Shown here: positions 11,769 to 22,427 of the stretch, one piece after another
How positions within the stretch are numbered: the stretch's first letter is position 1
Layout of the letters: the number at the start of each line of letters is the position of its first letter
Assembly (NCBI RefSeq): GCF_004010195.1
Contig: NC_057718.1
Span: 30,104,102-30,129,570, forward strand
DNA from: Chiloscyllium plagiosum
Lineage: Eukaryota
Direction of reading: 5' to 3'
Length of the DNA stretch: 25,469 nt
Made by a program: the position numbers and the translations under genes
Notes under the pieces: generated by a model
Told to the model about the DNA's origin: nothing
The model's database searches: none
The model's input: only the letters and a program-made list of their open reading frames with translations

Positions 11769-11955
11769 AGTATTTGTTATTGCTACTAGTAAAGACGATA
11801 ATAGCCACATAGTTTCAATCCTGAATAATGTTCAAGGGAATATGATCTTTGTTTATTATCTACCTGATTTGATAACAAATCCTGGTCTACTTGAGACTGC
11901 AAAAACATTGGATGACTATGACGCCAAGATGGAGAGTGCATGGTCTGGCTTCTTT
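11769..11955 (+). CDS. SLC3A2: Internal exon of an SLC3 heavy-chain (4F2hc/SLC3A2-like) gene
   Basis: Acceptor ttttttgcag, donor gtaaga. Encodes (R)VFVIATSKDDNSHIVSILNNVQGNMIFVYYLPDL...WSGFF, which resembles my recall of human SLC3A2 RLLIAGTNSSDLQQILSLLE...YLSD...WCSWS. Phase 2 in, phase 0 out. Confidence 0.75.
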
Positions 11956-12272
11956 GTAAGAAAACTAGTATATGCTATCTGCAAATGTAATTTTATGCAT
12001 GAAATTCTGTGATAAAATTAACACTTATGAATTTGTTTAATCATGTAATTATTTTGTAATTTTTTTAATCTGATTTATCATATCATACATCTTGACCTAA
12101 ACATTTGATGACACAGTATCCAATTTTAAGACTCAAATAAAACACCTAAACATTCAAAATAGTGTCCTTACTAAGTGTACTTATTAATTAATATGTTTGT
12201 ATTGCTCAGATAAATTATCTGGGCACTGCCACTCAACCCTACTTTCTTTAAGCTCTTCCATGATTAAGCCAA

Positions 12273-13152
12273 ATAGAACATAGAACATAGAACATAGAAG
12301 AATACAGCGCAGTACAGGCCCTTTGGCCCTCGATGTTGCGCCGATCCAAGCCCACCTAACCTATACTAACCCACTATCCTCCATATACCTATCCAATGCC
12401 CACTTAAATGCCCATAAAGAGGGAGAGTCCACCACTGTTACTGGCAGGGCATTCCATGAACTAACGACTCGCTGAGTGAAGAACCTACCCCTAACATCTG
12501 TCCTATATCTACCCCCCCTTAATTTAGAGCTATGCCCCCTTGTAATACCCGGCTCCATACGCGGGAAAAGGTTCATACTGTCGGCCCTATCTAACCCCCT
12601 AATCATCTTGTACACCTCAATCAAGTCACCCTTAAACCTTCTTTTCTCTAATGAAAACAGCCCCAAGTGTCTCAGTCTTTCCTCCTACGATCTTCCTTCC
12701 ATACCAGGCAACATCCTGGTAAACCTCCTCTGCACCCGTTCCAGTGCCTCCACATCCTTCCTATAGTATGGCGACCAAAACTGCACACAATATTCCAGAT
12801 GCGGCCGCACCAGAGTCTTATACAACTGCATCATGACCTCAGGACTCCGGAACTCAATTCCTCTACCAATAAAAGCCAGTACGCCATATGCCTTCCTCAC
12901 CGCACTATTTACCTGGGTGGCAACTTTCAGAGATCTGTGTACATGGACACCAAGATCCCTCTGCTCATCCACACTACCAAGTATCCGACCATTAGCCCAG
13001 TACCCCATCTTTTTGTTATTCTTCCCAAAGTGAATCACCTCACACTTAGCTACATTGAATTCCATTTGCCACCTTTCTGCCCAGCTCTGCAGCTTCTCTA
13101 TATCCTGCTGTAACCTGCCACATCCTTCCTCACTGTCAACAACTCCTCCGAC
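12273..13152 (-). mobile_element. Young CR1 LINE 3' fragment
   Basis: Clean ORFs MEFNVAKCEVIHFG...RPHLEYCVQFWSPY...VQRRFTRM and LFSLEKRR.KGDLIEVYK...FFTQRVV. Tail repeat (catagaa)n at 12273-12299. Confidence 0.95.
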
Positions 13153-13189
13153 TTGAAATGAAAATAGTTCATGACTGTTTCAGGCACTA

Positions 13190-14215
13190 TTTGTAAAATG
13201 GGGCTGTGTTACACATGACTCCAACCACTGGGGAGATTTCCTCCAATTCCCATGCACTCCAGTTTTGTTAGACTCTTTGATGCCATTTTCGGTCAACTGC
13301 GACCTCAAGTCACCTCTCCTCTGGAATTCAGCTCTTTTTACAGTTTTTTTTAACCAGGATAATGAGGTCCTGGTAGAATCAAAACTGGATGTCAGTGAGT
13401 TGGTATTTGCTAAGGAAGTACTATTCAATTACACTTTTGATAGCATCTTCCATCACTCATTATTGATGATCAAGAGTAGACTGGTGGGGTGAAAATTTGC
13501 CAAGCTGGATTCATCCTACTTTTATGTGTACAAGATATCGCTGGGTAATTTTACATATTGTCAGGTAGATGCCAATGTTGGATTGACTTAGGGTATGGCA
13601 AGTACTGGAGCTCATGTCTTCAGAAGTATTGCTGGAATATTGTCAGATTCTGCAGTTTTTGCAATATTCTATGCCTCTAGCCATTTATTTATATTGTCTG
13701 GAATGAATAGAATTGCCTGAAGACTGGCACCTGTGATGTTGGGGATCTCTGGAAGAGGCCATCATTCACTTGGCACTTCTGGCTGAAGATTATTGTGAAT
13801 GCTCCAGCCTTATCTTTTGTACTCTTGTGCAGGGCTCTCCCATAATTGAAGATGGGGATATTTGTGGAGCCTCCTCTTCCAGGAAGTTGTTTAATTGTTC
13901 ACCACCAATTACGACTGAATGTGGCAGGACTGCAGAAGTTATGTCTGATCAATTGGTTATGGAGTCACAAAGCACTATCAATTAGTTTCTGCTTATGCTG
14001 TTTGGTGCACAAGCAGTCCTGTTTTGTTACTTCACCAAGTTCACACCTCATTTTTAGATATGCCTGGTGCTGCTCCTTGTATGTCCTCTTGCATGCTGCA
14101 TTGAAACATGGTTAATCCCCTAGCCTGATATTAATGGCTGAGTGGGGAATATGGCAGGCCATGAGGTAGCACATTGTTTTGGTGTACAGTTCTGCTCCTG
14201 CTAATGTCCCATGGC
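13190..14215 (-). mobile_element. Ancient non-LTR retrotransposon fragment (EN-RT linker and RT N-terminus)
   Basis: Decayed minus-strand motifs WW.TIKQL, KTAESDNIPAILLKT (similar to KA.GPDNIP) and ANFHPTSLL (similar to NYRPISLL). Confidence 0.6.
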
Positions 14216-14490
14216 TCTATAACTCAAATACGGAAACAAATCCTTCGGTCCAACTCGTCCATGCCACCGAGATATCCCAACCCAATCTAGTCCCACCTGC
14301 CAGTACCTGGCCCATATCCCTCCAAACCCTGCCTATTCACATACCCATCCAAATGCCTTTTAAATGTTGCAATTGTACTAGGTCCACCCCTTCCTCTGGC
14401 AACTCATTCCATACACATACCACCCTCTGTGTGAAAAAGTTGCCCCTTAGGTCTCTTTTATATCTTTCCCCTGTCACCCCAAACCTATGT
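14215..14490 (-). mobile_element. CR1 3' end fragment
   Basis: Closely similar to 23975-24240. Confidence 0.85.
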
Positions 14491-14566
14491 CAAGATTTGT
14501 TGTTGACATTATCCAAGAGTATATTGCACAACCAGAGTTTTAATGCTACATTAGGAGTACAATTTT

Positions 14567-14891
14567 TTAGATTAGATTAGATTAGATTACATTACAGTGT
14601 GGAAACAGGCCCTTCGGCCCAACAAGTCCACACCGACCCGCCGAAGCGAAACCCACCCATACCCCTACATTTACCCCTTACCTAACACTACGGGCAATTT
14701 AGTATGGCCAATTCACCTGACCCTGCACATCTTTTGGACTGTGGGAGGAAACCGGAGCACCCGGAGGAAACCCACGCAGACACTGGGAGAACGTGCAAAC
14801 TCCACACAGTCAGTCGCCTGAGGCGGGAATTGAACCCGGGTCTCAGGCGCTGTGAGGCAGCAGTGCTAACCACTGTGCCACCGTGCCGCCC
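14567..14891 (-). mobile_element. Full-length tRNA-derived V-SINE (HE1-like)
   Basis: Minus strand starts gggcggcacggtggcacagtgg (A box), has ggttcaattcc (B box), the V-domain, a CR1-derived tail and a (TCTAA)n end. Confidence 0.92.
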
Positions 14892-15401
14892 ACAGTAAGC
14901 CACCATTAACTGCACATCCCCACCCTGAATGACCTGCCATGAAGATGAAATGGAAACAAATGAACAGTAAACTGAATCAGTAGAGGTATGATTACTGGAG
15001 TTGCCCATAATAGGGCCTCTAATTCCAAAAGTTGTACTCCACCGTGAAGTAAGTTACTCCATCCACTTTGCATAGAATGTAGACAGTTTGTGCAGCTATT
15101 GCAAGTTGATGTCAGATCTTACAAGCAAGGTTTCAACTTTGTCTAGGATGCAAAGTGTTCCCTCCTCTTTCATATTCCCTTTTGTGTTAGTATCCTTGTG
15201 ACCTCTACATCCTTTCAGTCTTCCCCTGTTTCTTTTGAACACCTTTACTTAACTGTTAAAATCTCCACCTTACTCCAGAGCTTGTTGGCTTTGCAAATTT
15301 CCGTGCCCTTGATAATGCAAAACCTCCACACATAGAGGCTAGAGCAATTGAATACTGTGAGAAGCACCCCTTGTGGCCCTGTATCTTCTGTTGACTATGA
15401 G

Positions 15402-15573
15402 GTTAAAAACCAAACAACACCAGGTTATAGTCCAACAGGTTTACTTGGAAGTACCTGATGAAGGAGCAGCACTCCGAAAGCTAATACTTCCAAATAAACC
15501 TGTTGGACTATAACCTGGTGTTGTTTGATTTTTAACTTTGTTCACTCCAGTCCAACACTGGCACCTCCACATC
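15402..15573 (+). mobile_element. Non-autonomous fold-back Penelope family A element with hammerhead core
   Basis: 53-nt inverted arms at 15402-15454 and 15484-15536. The 14-bp direct repeat ttgactatgaggtt lies at 15391-15404 and 15574-15587. Confidence 0.88.
15452..15490 (+). ncRNA. Minimal type I hammerhead ribozyme motif
   Basis: CUGAUGA-A-GGAG(cagca)CUCC-GAAA-GC-UA, with palindromic helix III AGCU. The first helix I pair is a C-A mismatch. Confidence 0.7.
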
Positions 15574-15687
15574 TTGACTATGAGGTTCCATTACTCTCTC
15601 TAATATTGCTACCTTGCACTAAAGCCATTTCCTCAGTGACTCAGTCCAACGAATTCTGTCCCTAAACTTGACTTTCCTGCTTTTTTG

Positions 15688-15980
15688 TTAGATTAGTTTA
15701 CCTACAGTGAGGAAACAGGCCACTTTGGCCCAACAAGTCCACACCAACCCTTCAAAGTGTAATCCACCCAGCCCCACTCCCCTTCCCTATATTTACTCCT
15801 GACTCATGCACCTGGGCAATTTAGCATGGCCAATTCACCTGGCCTGCACATCTTTGGATTGTGGGAGGAAACCAGAGCACCCAGAGGAAACCCACGCAGA
15901 CACTGGGAGAATGTGCAAACTCCACATAGACAGTCGCCCGAGGTGGGAATTGAACTCTGGTCCCTGGCGCACAGTGCCAC
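15688..15980 (-). mobile_element. V-SINE (HE1-like) with a deletion in the tRNA head
   Basis: Collinear with 14567-14891 but lacks about 20 nt between the A and B boxes. Confidence 0.88.
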
Positions 15981-17377
15981 TCCAGACTGTTTCCAAGGAC
16001 TCTTTGGGCTGTTACATGATAAACTCACTGACCAGTATCGCTCAAACCCCAAGATTTACACTGTCTTACTGACATCCTGTCCCTGCCCAAAACTAGGCAG
16101 GACAGACTCAACTGAGCCTTCTCCAGAATGATGTCCCCAAACTATCATGATTGATATACTGTAAATCCTGGACTGGTTGCACCTGACCTGCAGCACTGAC
16201 AATACTCGATCTCCAAGCATCTGACTGACCATGGCCAGCCCTCTGCACTGGAATGGGACACATCTCTTGACTGATTGTAGTTCCCTACCCCATTAGACTG
16301 TTCAGCTTTCACTTTCACACATGGCTAACTGCTGAAAGCACATGGAGTATTTTTATTGGAAAAGCTGCAGGTTTGATATTGATGTAGTCTGGTTCCACAG
16401 TGTAACATGTCTACACCCTTGATTGTTCAGTTTTCTCCAATGTGAAAAACCACCTGCCTTTTCCTCTGTGCTAAAAAGGATTGCAAGGCACAGAGACTGA
16501 CAGCTGTAACTGAGCACTGAAGACTGTTTAAGCTCAAAAAACAAGGGGGATTTGGCAAATGCTGGCAGCCTTTATGTAAGTGCAAATAAGTGAGCACTAA
16601 GAAATCAAGCCAACTGTCATAAGATACATCCTGTGTCCCTGTGTGCCAAGTGACCTGGCAGTAGTATGCCAGTCATCGGTGTTCCTGAGCTCCAAAGTGC
16701 TGAAGGAGTGTAAGAGTTAGTCTGAGATTGGGAATGACAGTTTAATAAAGCTACTTGTTTGCTGATGCCACTTGCATGGATGATGGATTGAGGAGAATGG
16801 TGCCTGTGGAGCATGCAGGGATGTTGTGCTGAGGTCATGATTGGATAATGGCTGGGACAGGCAATCGGCAAATACCAGTTGCTTGGTATTTGCTGCGCCT
16901 TACATGTCAGGAATTTATATGATTTAATTTCTCAGGGAGGGAAAGGAGAAATTAGTTGAGATACAAATACATGGGTATTAATGAGATACAAATGCATGGA
17001 AGTAAAGTAGTTGCCAGTCAATGGTGAGATTCTGAAATCAACAGTTAAAGTTTTCAGGAAAAGTAAAAAAAAAAATTCTCTACTGATTCTGATTTTTTTT
17101 TCATTCTCATTATAATTTCTGAACTTTCTTGCTATTATTCACCAAAGAGAGAAAATTTCCGCCCTAAGAAAATTGTTGTATCTGCAAAAAATATTCTTGC
17201 ACCCATGTAATAAAAACTATCTGATTTATTTAGTTGCTATAACAAATTAATTAAATATGGTGTGTGTCTCTCTTTCTTGATTAGATTTTTCAATGCTTAA
17301 TATATATGTAATAATATTGACATGTTTTTTAAGTGCAAATGTTAAAGCTATTTATATATGTGATGCTCTCTTTATAG

Positions 17378-17518
17378 TTTACTAAAGGACATATTTCATC
17401 TGTGATGACTAAAGAAGATGTTGGAAATAAATACAGATTATTTATAATGCTTCTCTTTTCAATTCCTGGGACTCCAATAATTTTTTATGGTGAGGAGATT
17501 GGTCTCAAAGATTACCAG
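17378..17518 (+). CDS. SLC3A2: Internal exon of the SLC3 heavy-chain gene (GH13 beta7-beta8 region)
   Basis: Acceptor ctctctttatag, donor gtaatc, 141 nt, phase 0/0. Encodes FTKGHISSV...MLLFSIPGTPIIFYGEEIGLKDYQ, the classic LPGTP..YGEEIG motif. Confidence 0.9.
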
Positions 17519-17622
17519 GTAATCAGAAATCAACTGATACAATCAGTTAATCATACGTTTTATAAAAAATAATCAGTTTATAAGAGTTAGGCATGGTTTT
17601 AATGTTCTACTTTTCATAATAG

Positions 17623-17730
17623 GCATCAGAATATCCACTAATGCGATGGGACAATTCTAAATATTCTGGATTCACTAAAGGTTTGCCTTGGATAACTCCA
17701 GATTTGAACAGTAACACACCCACTGTTACG
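17623..17730 (+). CDS. SLC3A2: Internal exon of the SLC3 heavy-chain gene
   Basis: Acceptor ttttcataatag, donor gtatgt, 108 nt, phase 0/0. Encodes ASEYPLMRWDNSKYSGFTKGLPWITPDLNSNTPTVT, the GH13 P.M.WD...GF...PW motif. Preceded by a 104-nt intron. Confidence 0.9.
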
Positions 17731-18150
17731 GTATGTATGAATATTTAGCATACTATGTTGTAATTAATATAATATGGTTATGGAATTAGTTGACTAGAAT
17801 AGAAAAGGCATCTATTCTTGAAACTTATGACAAAAGTTCCAAAAAGAAAAGGCCGTAGCATCTGAGTTAGGTCCTATTGACACGTACAAAATTTGCAACC
17901 AGAACAGTTTAATATGCCTAAAAACAGAAAATTGGATTTTTAAAAAGTTCACAAAATGTTGGTGTCAATGATCAGGTCAGCATTTATTTCTGATCCCTAA
18001 TTCCCTTTGAGAATGTGCCTATGAGCTGCCTTCTAGAACTACTAGTCTATGGGTAAGATGGTGGAGTTGTACTAGTTTTGAGAGTGGCCTTGCTGTTAGG
18101 AAGGGACCTATTTAGGTAAAACAAAATGAATAGACAAACCCAAAGAAACA

Positions 18151-18245
18151 TATTTTGATACTGGAACTCTGAAATGAAATCAAAAAAGCACTGCAATTAC
18201 TCAGCAGGTCAGGCAGCATCTGTGGAAACAGAAATAGAATTGTTG
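18151..18245 (-). mobile_element. Penelope family B-related terminal fragment
   Basis: actcagcaggtcaggcagcatctgtgg is shared with 2180-2292. Confidence 0.55.
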
Positions 18246-18872
18246 GGGTGAATCTTATTTTGCTGAAGTATGAGTTTGGAGGCAGTTGGAAGGTGTAAAA
18301 GCACAGAAATTGTGGTGTTAGGAAGGTGTTAGGATTCCAACCCACAGATTTGCATATTTAACTGTGATATACTGCTCTGGTTGAAGTAACTTCTTCAAAA
18401 GAGACAAGATATCAATTTCAATTAATATTCAACTATAGTGATGTTAATATGTTGGTTTGCAAATTACCTATGTGAGCTTTTTGCAACTTGTCAATGAAAC
18501 TAAGGAGAGAACTCCAGAGAAATTGAGGGAACTGGAAATATGATAATAAATATTAAAACTTTACAGCTGCTTTCTTCACTCATTGTGTGAAAGCCTTTGT
18601 TCACAGTGCTTGTTCTACGAGGTTATTTCCACAACTTTGGAGAAAACTTTCACAACTTTGGAGACTTATTTGTCAAATCTCCATAAATTGACAAGTTTAA
18701 TAGAATTTGCAACAGAAGGAGCAGCAAGCAAGAAGAACTCAGGCAAAGTAGAAAGCAACAGCTTGCTGCATGCTCATAAATATGGGACTCCACTCCATAG
18801 GAGAGAGAGAGAGAGGGTGAGCTGAGACCTTTGGCTCACAGTAAGATACTTCAGCAGTACAGAACACCAGAC

Positions 18873-19465
18873 TTCTGAACACCGGATTCTGAGAATTTCA
18901 ATGCCTTCAGATAAAATGTTAATTTCAATTCAGCCTTTTTTGTTTATCTCGCATAGTTTATGCCTGCTTCATGAAACCAATGGTTAATTGAGACATATAA
19001 GGTAATCAGAGGCTTACATAGGTTGGTCAGTGAGAGCCTTTTTCCTCGGATGGGAATGGCTAGCACAAGAGCACATAGCTTTAAATTGAGGGGTGATAAA
19101 TATAGGACAGATGTCAGAGGTAGTTTCTTTACTCAGGGGCGTGGAACGCACTGCCTGCAACAGTAGTAGACTCGCTAACTTTAAGGGCATTTAAATGATT
19201 ATTGGATTGCCATATGGACAAGAATAGACTAATGTAGGCTACATAGGCTTCGGATTGATTCCACAGCTCGGCGCAAAATTGAGGGCCGAAGGGCCTGTAC
19301 TGTGCTGTAATGTTCCACGTTCACAGGGAGAGGGGAAATTATTGCAAGTATTTCTAAACACCAGATTCTAAGAATTTCAATGCCTTCAGATAAAATGTTA
19401 ATTTCAACTTAGCCTTTTTTGTTTATCTTGCATAGTTTTTGCCTGCTTCATGAAACCAATGGTTA
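18873..19465. repeat. 114-bp direct repeat (18873-18986 and 19352-19465) bracketing a CR1 fragment
   Basis: Manual alignment shows no gaps and about 7 mismatches. Confidence 0.9.
18987..19320 (+). mobile_element. CR1 3' fragment of the same subfamily as 12273-13152
   Basis: IETYKVIRGL...FKLRGDKYRTDVRGSFFTQ, then the 3' UTR gagggccgaagggcctgtactg. Confidence 0.88.
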
Positions 19466-21089
19466 GTTGCTTGCTGCATCCTTTTGAAAGGCAGTGTTAT
19501 TCATTTTTTAAACCATGTCAGTGCACAAAGAACCTACGTATTGACATCAAAAGTTGGAAGTTGAAAATTATTAGCTTGCGTATTACCACGATCATGACAA
19601 TACAAGTGCTTGGCTGAGCAGTCTTTGCCTACTTCCACTAGATCTGGAGAATCAGTGACTGCATGCATGGGGCAATTAAGGTAACCCCATATCACCCAGG
19701 AATATTTATTAAAAATGAAGTTGTTATGGAACCATAGTCTAGATTTTACATTTAGCCTGTGGGTCTCGTGGATATGTGTTTGATCCTGCAATGATTTAAT
19801 GTCTGTTGAATTATGTTAATTACCTTCAAGTGAGGCTTTTCACACCAGAAGAAGAGTAATTAGGCTGCCAAGAGCTAACAGCCAATTGGATGTCTGGCAG
19901 CTCTTTAGTCCCAGTTTGGGAAAGATGGCCACTGCTAAGAATATACCTAGTCCCCAGCAATGTTGTCAGTGGAGCCAGGGGCAAAGTAGATGGTGGAATG
20001 GTTTTGCCGAGATCAGTCTGCCAGGATCCAGAAAGTGGGCTAAGGTACCTCGATGGACAGAGCCAGATGTGTTTACAATTTGGGGAAAAGGGGCCTTTTG
20101 TAGATACAGATGTCTGTAAAGATGGACCCCAACCCGCTCTCCCGTTTTGGCCTAAATAATATTATCTGCCAGCTTCATTTTACTGTACACTTAAAGACCT
20201 CAATCGACAAAGGGCAGAATTGCTACCTAATGACTCCCTTGTCACTCATAAAGTTGCAACAGGAGCAGCTTGGAATACAGATATCTGGAATGCCTTTCAT
20301 TGTAGTTTATTCTGCCTGAGAACGTCAAATTCTGCCCCTCAAAATGATGTTTCTGAAGTGTGCCAGACTCAGTGCCTTTACTGCCTTTACCTTTTGTCTT
20401 ATAGCATTCTTTTTGATCTTCACATCTTGAAAGCAGCCTTTATTGCTGATGCACAGCGACCAGATACTCAATTAAAACTTGCCAGCGCAAGTGAAAAACC
20501 CAACCAATGAGGTCCAGGAACAGTAAAATGGAAGACATGTGACAACTAGATGTACATTTGAGCAAGTAATCATCAAACTGGATCTGCACTTCTGGTGCTT
20601 CAGCATATCTGGTATTGCTCTTCAAAGTGCAGCAACTAGGGTCTCCAGAATGGTCATGTTGTTCCGGGATCTGTCCAACATTGTGCAGCAATGGTCTAAA
20701 GTCTAGACTTACAGCAAGAAAGAAGACACAGAAAATCTTCAGGTTATTTAATGGAGATGGAGGAGGAGGGAGAGCATGAACTGACTAATTCATACTTTTA
20801 GGAGCAGTAAGATTGTGAACCAGAGGCAGAGAAAGACATGGGCACACTTATCAGGATAACAGCAACCTATGGCTATCTCCAGGATAAATGGTAGAAGGCC
20901 GTAAAAGTCACTGCAATGGAGCACCAACGTTAAAAGAATGTATCCTATGACAAAGGTATCCAAAAAAAGAATGTTCTAATTGCAGATTGTTAGGCAGACA
21001 TATTTGCCAAAATTTACTACTGAGATGTGAATTACCTTTTTACAGTACTGGTTAGAGGTGTGCTCTGGTCGACTATTTGATGTCAGCGG

Positions 21090-21520
21090 TCTTCAAAATC
21101 AGAGTGGCACTAAATCTTTATGTGTTTGGCTCATTCCAGGCTTCCATTGGAGATATGTAGCATCTCTTAATCAGCTGCATCTCACTACATCCGGATGGTG
21201 ACTGTTGCCCTCTTTATGAGGACCAGCCAATACAATACAGTCAGGTAAAAAAAAACAGTGGATCTGTCACCATTGCTGGATTCCCTAGATGCAAAACTTC
21301 ACAGACTACCTAATTCTAACTCATCAAGGCTCCCACTAGTTATCCAGAATGCTTCGTTAACGGGAAAATTCCTGTTCCATCAACGTGCCATTGGTTTGCC
21401 ACCAACATATCCTGCAGATGTCTGACTAGTACGGTGGAGCAGCCACAATGTCTAAATACTCAGGCATGAACAGGTGCCACATTCATTCTCCACACCAATA
21501 TACCTCAAAGGTAGATTCTT
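21090..21520 (+). mobile_element. Second PIF/Harbinger transposase relic
   Basis: Decayed motifs GSFQASIGD, IAGFP, FVN.K...SINVPLVC and GSSH. Confidence 0.65.
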
Positions 21521-22287
21521 GCTTGCAAGTAAGTGATAACACTGAAATAGTGCCTACTAGCCTGTTTCCAACTGAGCTCCAGTCTCTCCATTTGTAAAGA
21601 CACAGATGATGTGATACCATGTCATTTTAGAAGCTTCCTTCTTATGCAGGCTTAACCCATTGTCCATTGTTAGCATCTCTTTCCTTAGCATCTGCAACCA
21701 CACAATTATCCATTTGCTGCCTGCAAAAGGGAAATGTTGCACCCATGGACTATTTCAACTTCAACAACTTCTCCAGGACCTCTGTCTAAACTTGCTAAGT
21801 TTAATGAGGAGGTCTCCTCCTGTTTTCGCTCCTACCTTGCCTGAGTAGCCTAGAGGAGGACATGAATATAATTAGCAGTCAACCATTAAACCACCCAATT
21901 TTTTTCCTTCCATCCTGCTGACAAATACAAAGGAACTCTTCCATGGCTGGTGAGATGAATGCCCACTGGCTGATGGAAGACTGAGATGAAAATGGAAGAG
22001 GAACATAAAACAATTGCCATTACCCAAAAAAAGATGCTGGGAAAACTATTAGACCTTAAGGCTGAGTCAATATGAGTACGGAAATCAGGTTTAACTAATT
22101 TATCAGTATTTTTGAGCAGGTAACACATAAAGGGAACCTGTCAATGCAATGCACTTACCTTATCAAGTGCCTTTTGGAAATGTATCACATCAAAGATTGT
22201 TACACAAGATAAAAGCACATGGTGTAGTTGATAACATATGAGTATGGATGAATGTTTGGCTAGCAAACAAGAGACATAGAGTAGGGA

Positions 22288-22427
22288 GAAAGTGAGGTCT
22301 GCAGATGCTGGAGATCAAAGTTTGAAACTTTATTGCTGGAACAGCACAGCAGGTCAGGCAGCATCCAGGGAACAGGAGATTCGACGTTTCGGGCACAGGC
22401 CCTTCTTCAGGAATGAGCAGAGAGTGT
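22288..22427 (-). mobile_element. 140-bp Penelope family B terminal insertion
   Basis: Flanked by the perfect 14-bp TSD acatagagtaggga at 22274-22287 and 22428-22441. Matches the terminus of the RT/GIY-YIG element at 8983-9110. Confidence 0.9.
22379..22414 (-). ncRNA. Intact minimal type I hammerhead ribozyme motif
   Basis: Minus strand AUUC-CUGAAGA-A-GGGC(cugu)GCCC-GAAA-CG-UC-GAAU. Helix I is 4 bp, helix II is 4 bp, helix III is the palindrome ACGU, and the cleavage triplet is GUC. Confidence 0.8.

Noticed and set aside
11740..12012. 90-aa ORF as a stand-alone gene
   Set aside because: It is a spliced exon plus read-through into the flanking introns.
14810..14891. tRNA-like sequence
   Set aside because: It is the head of a SINE, fused to the V-domain, and not a tRNA gene.
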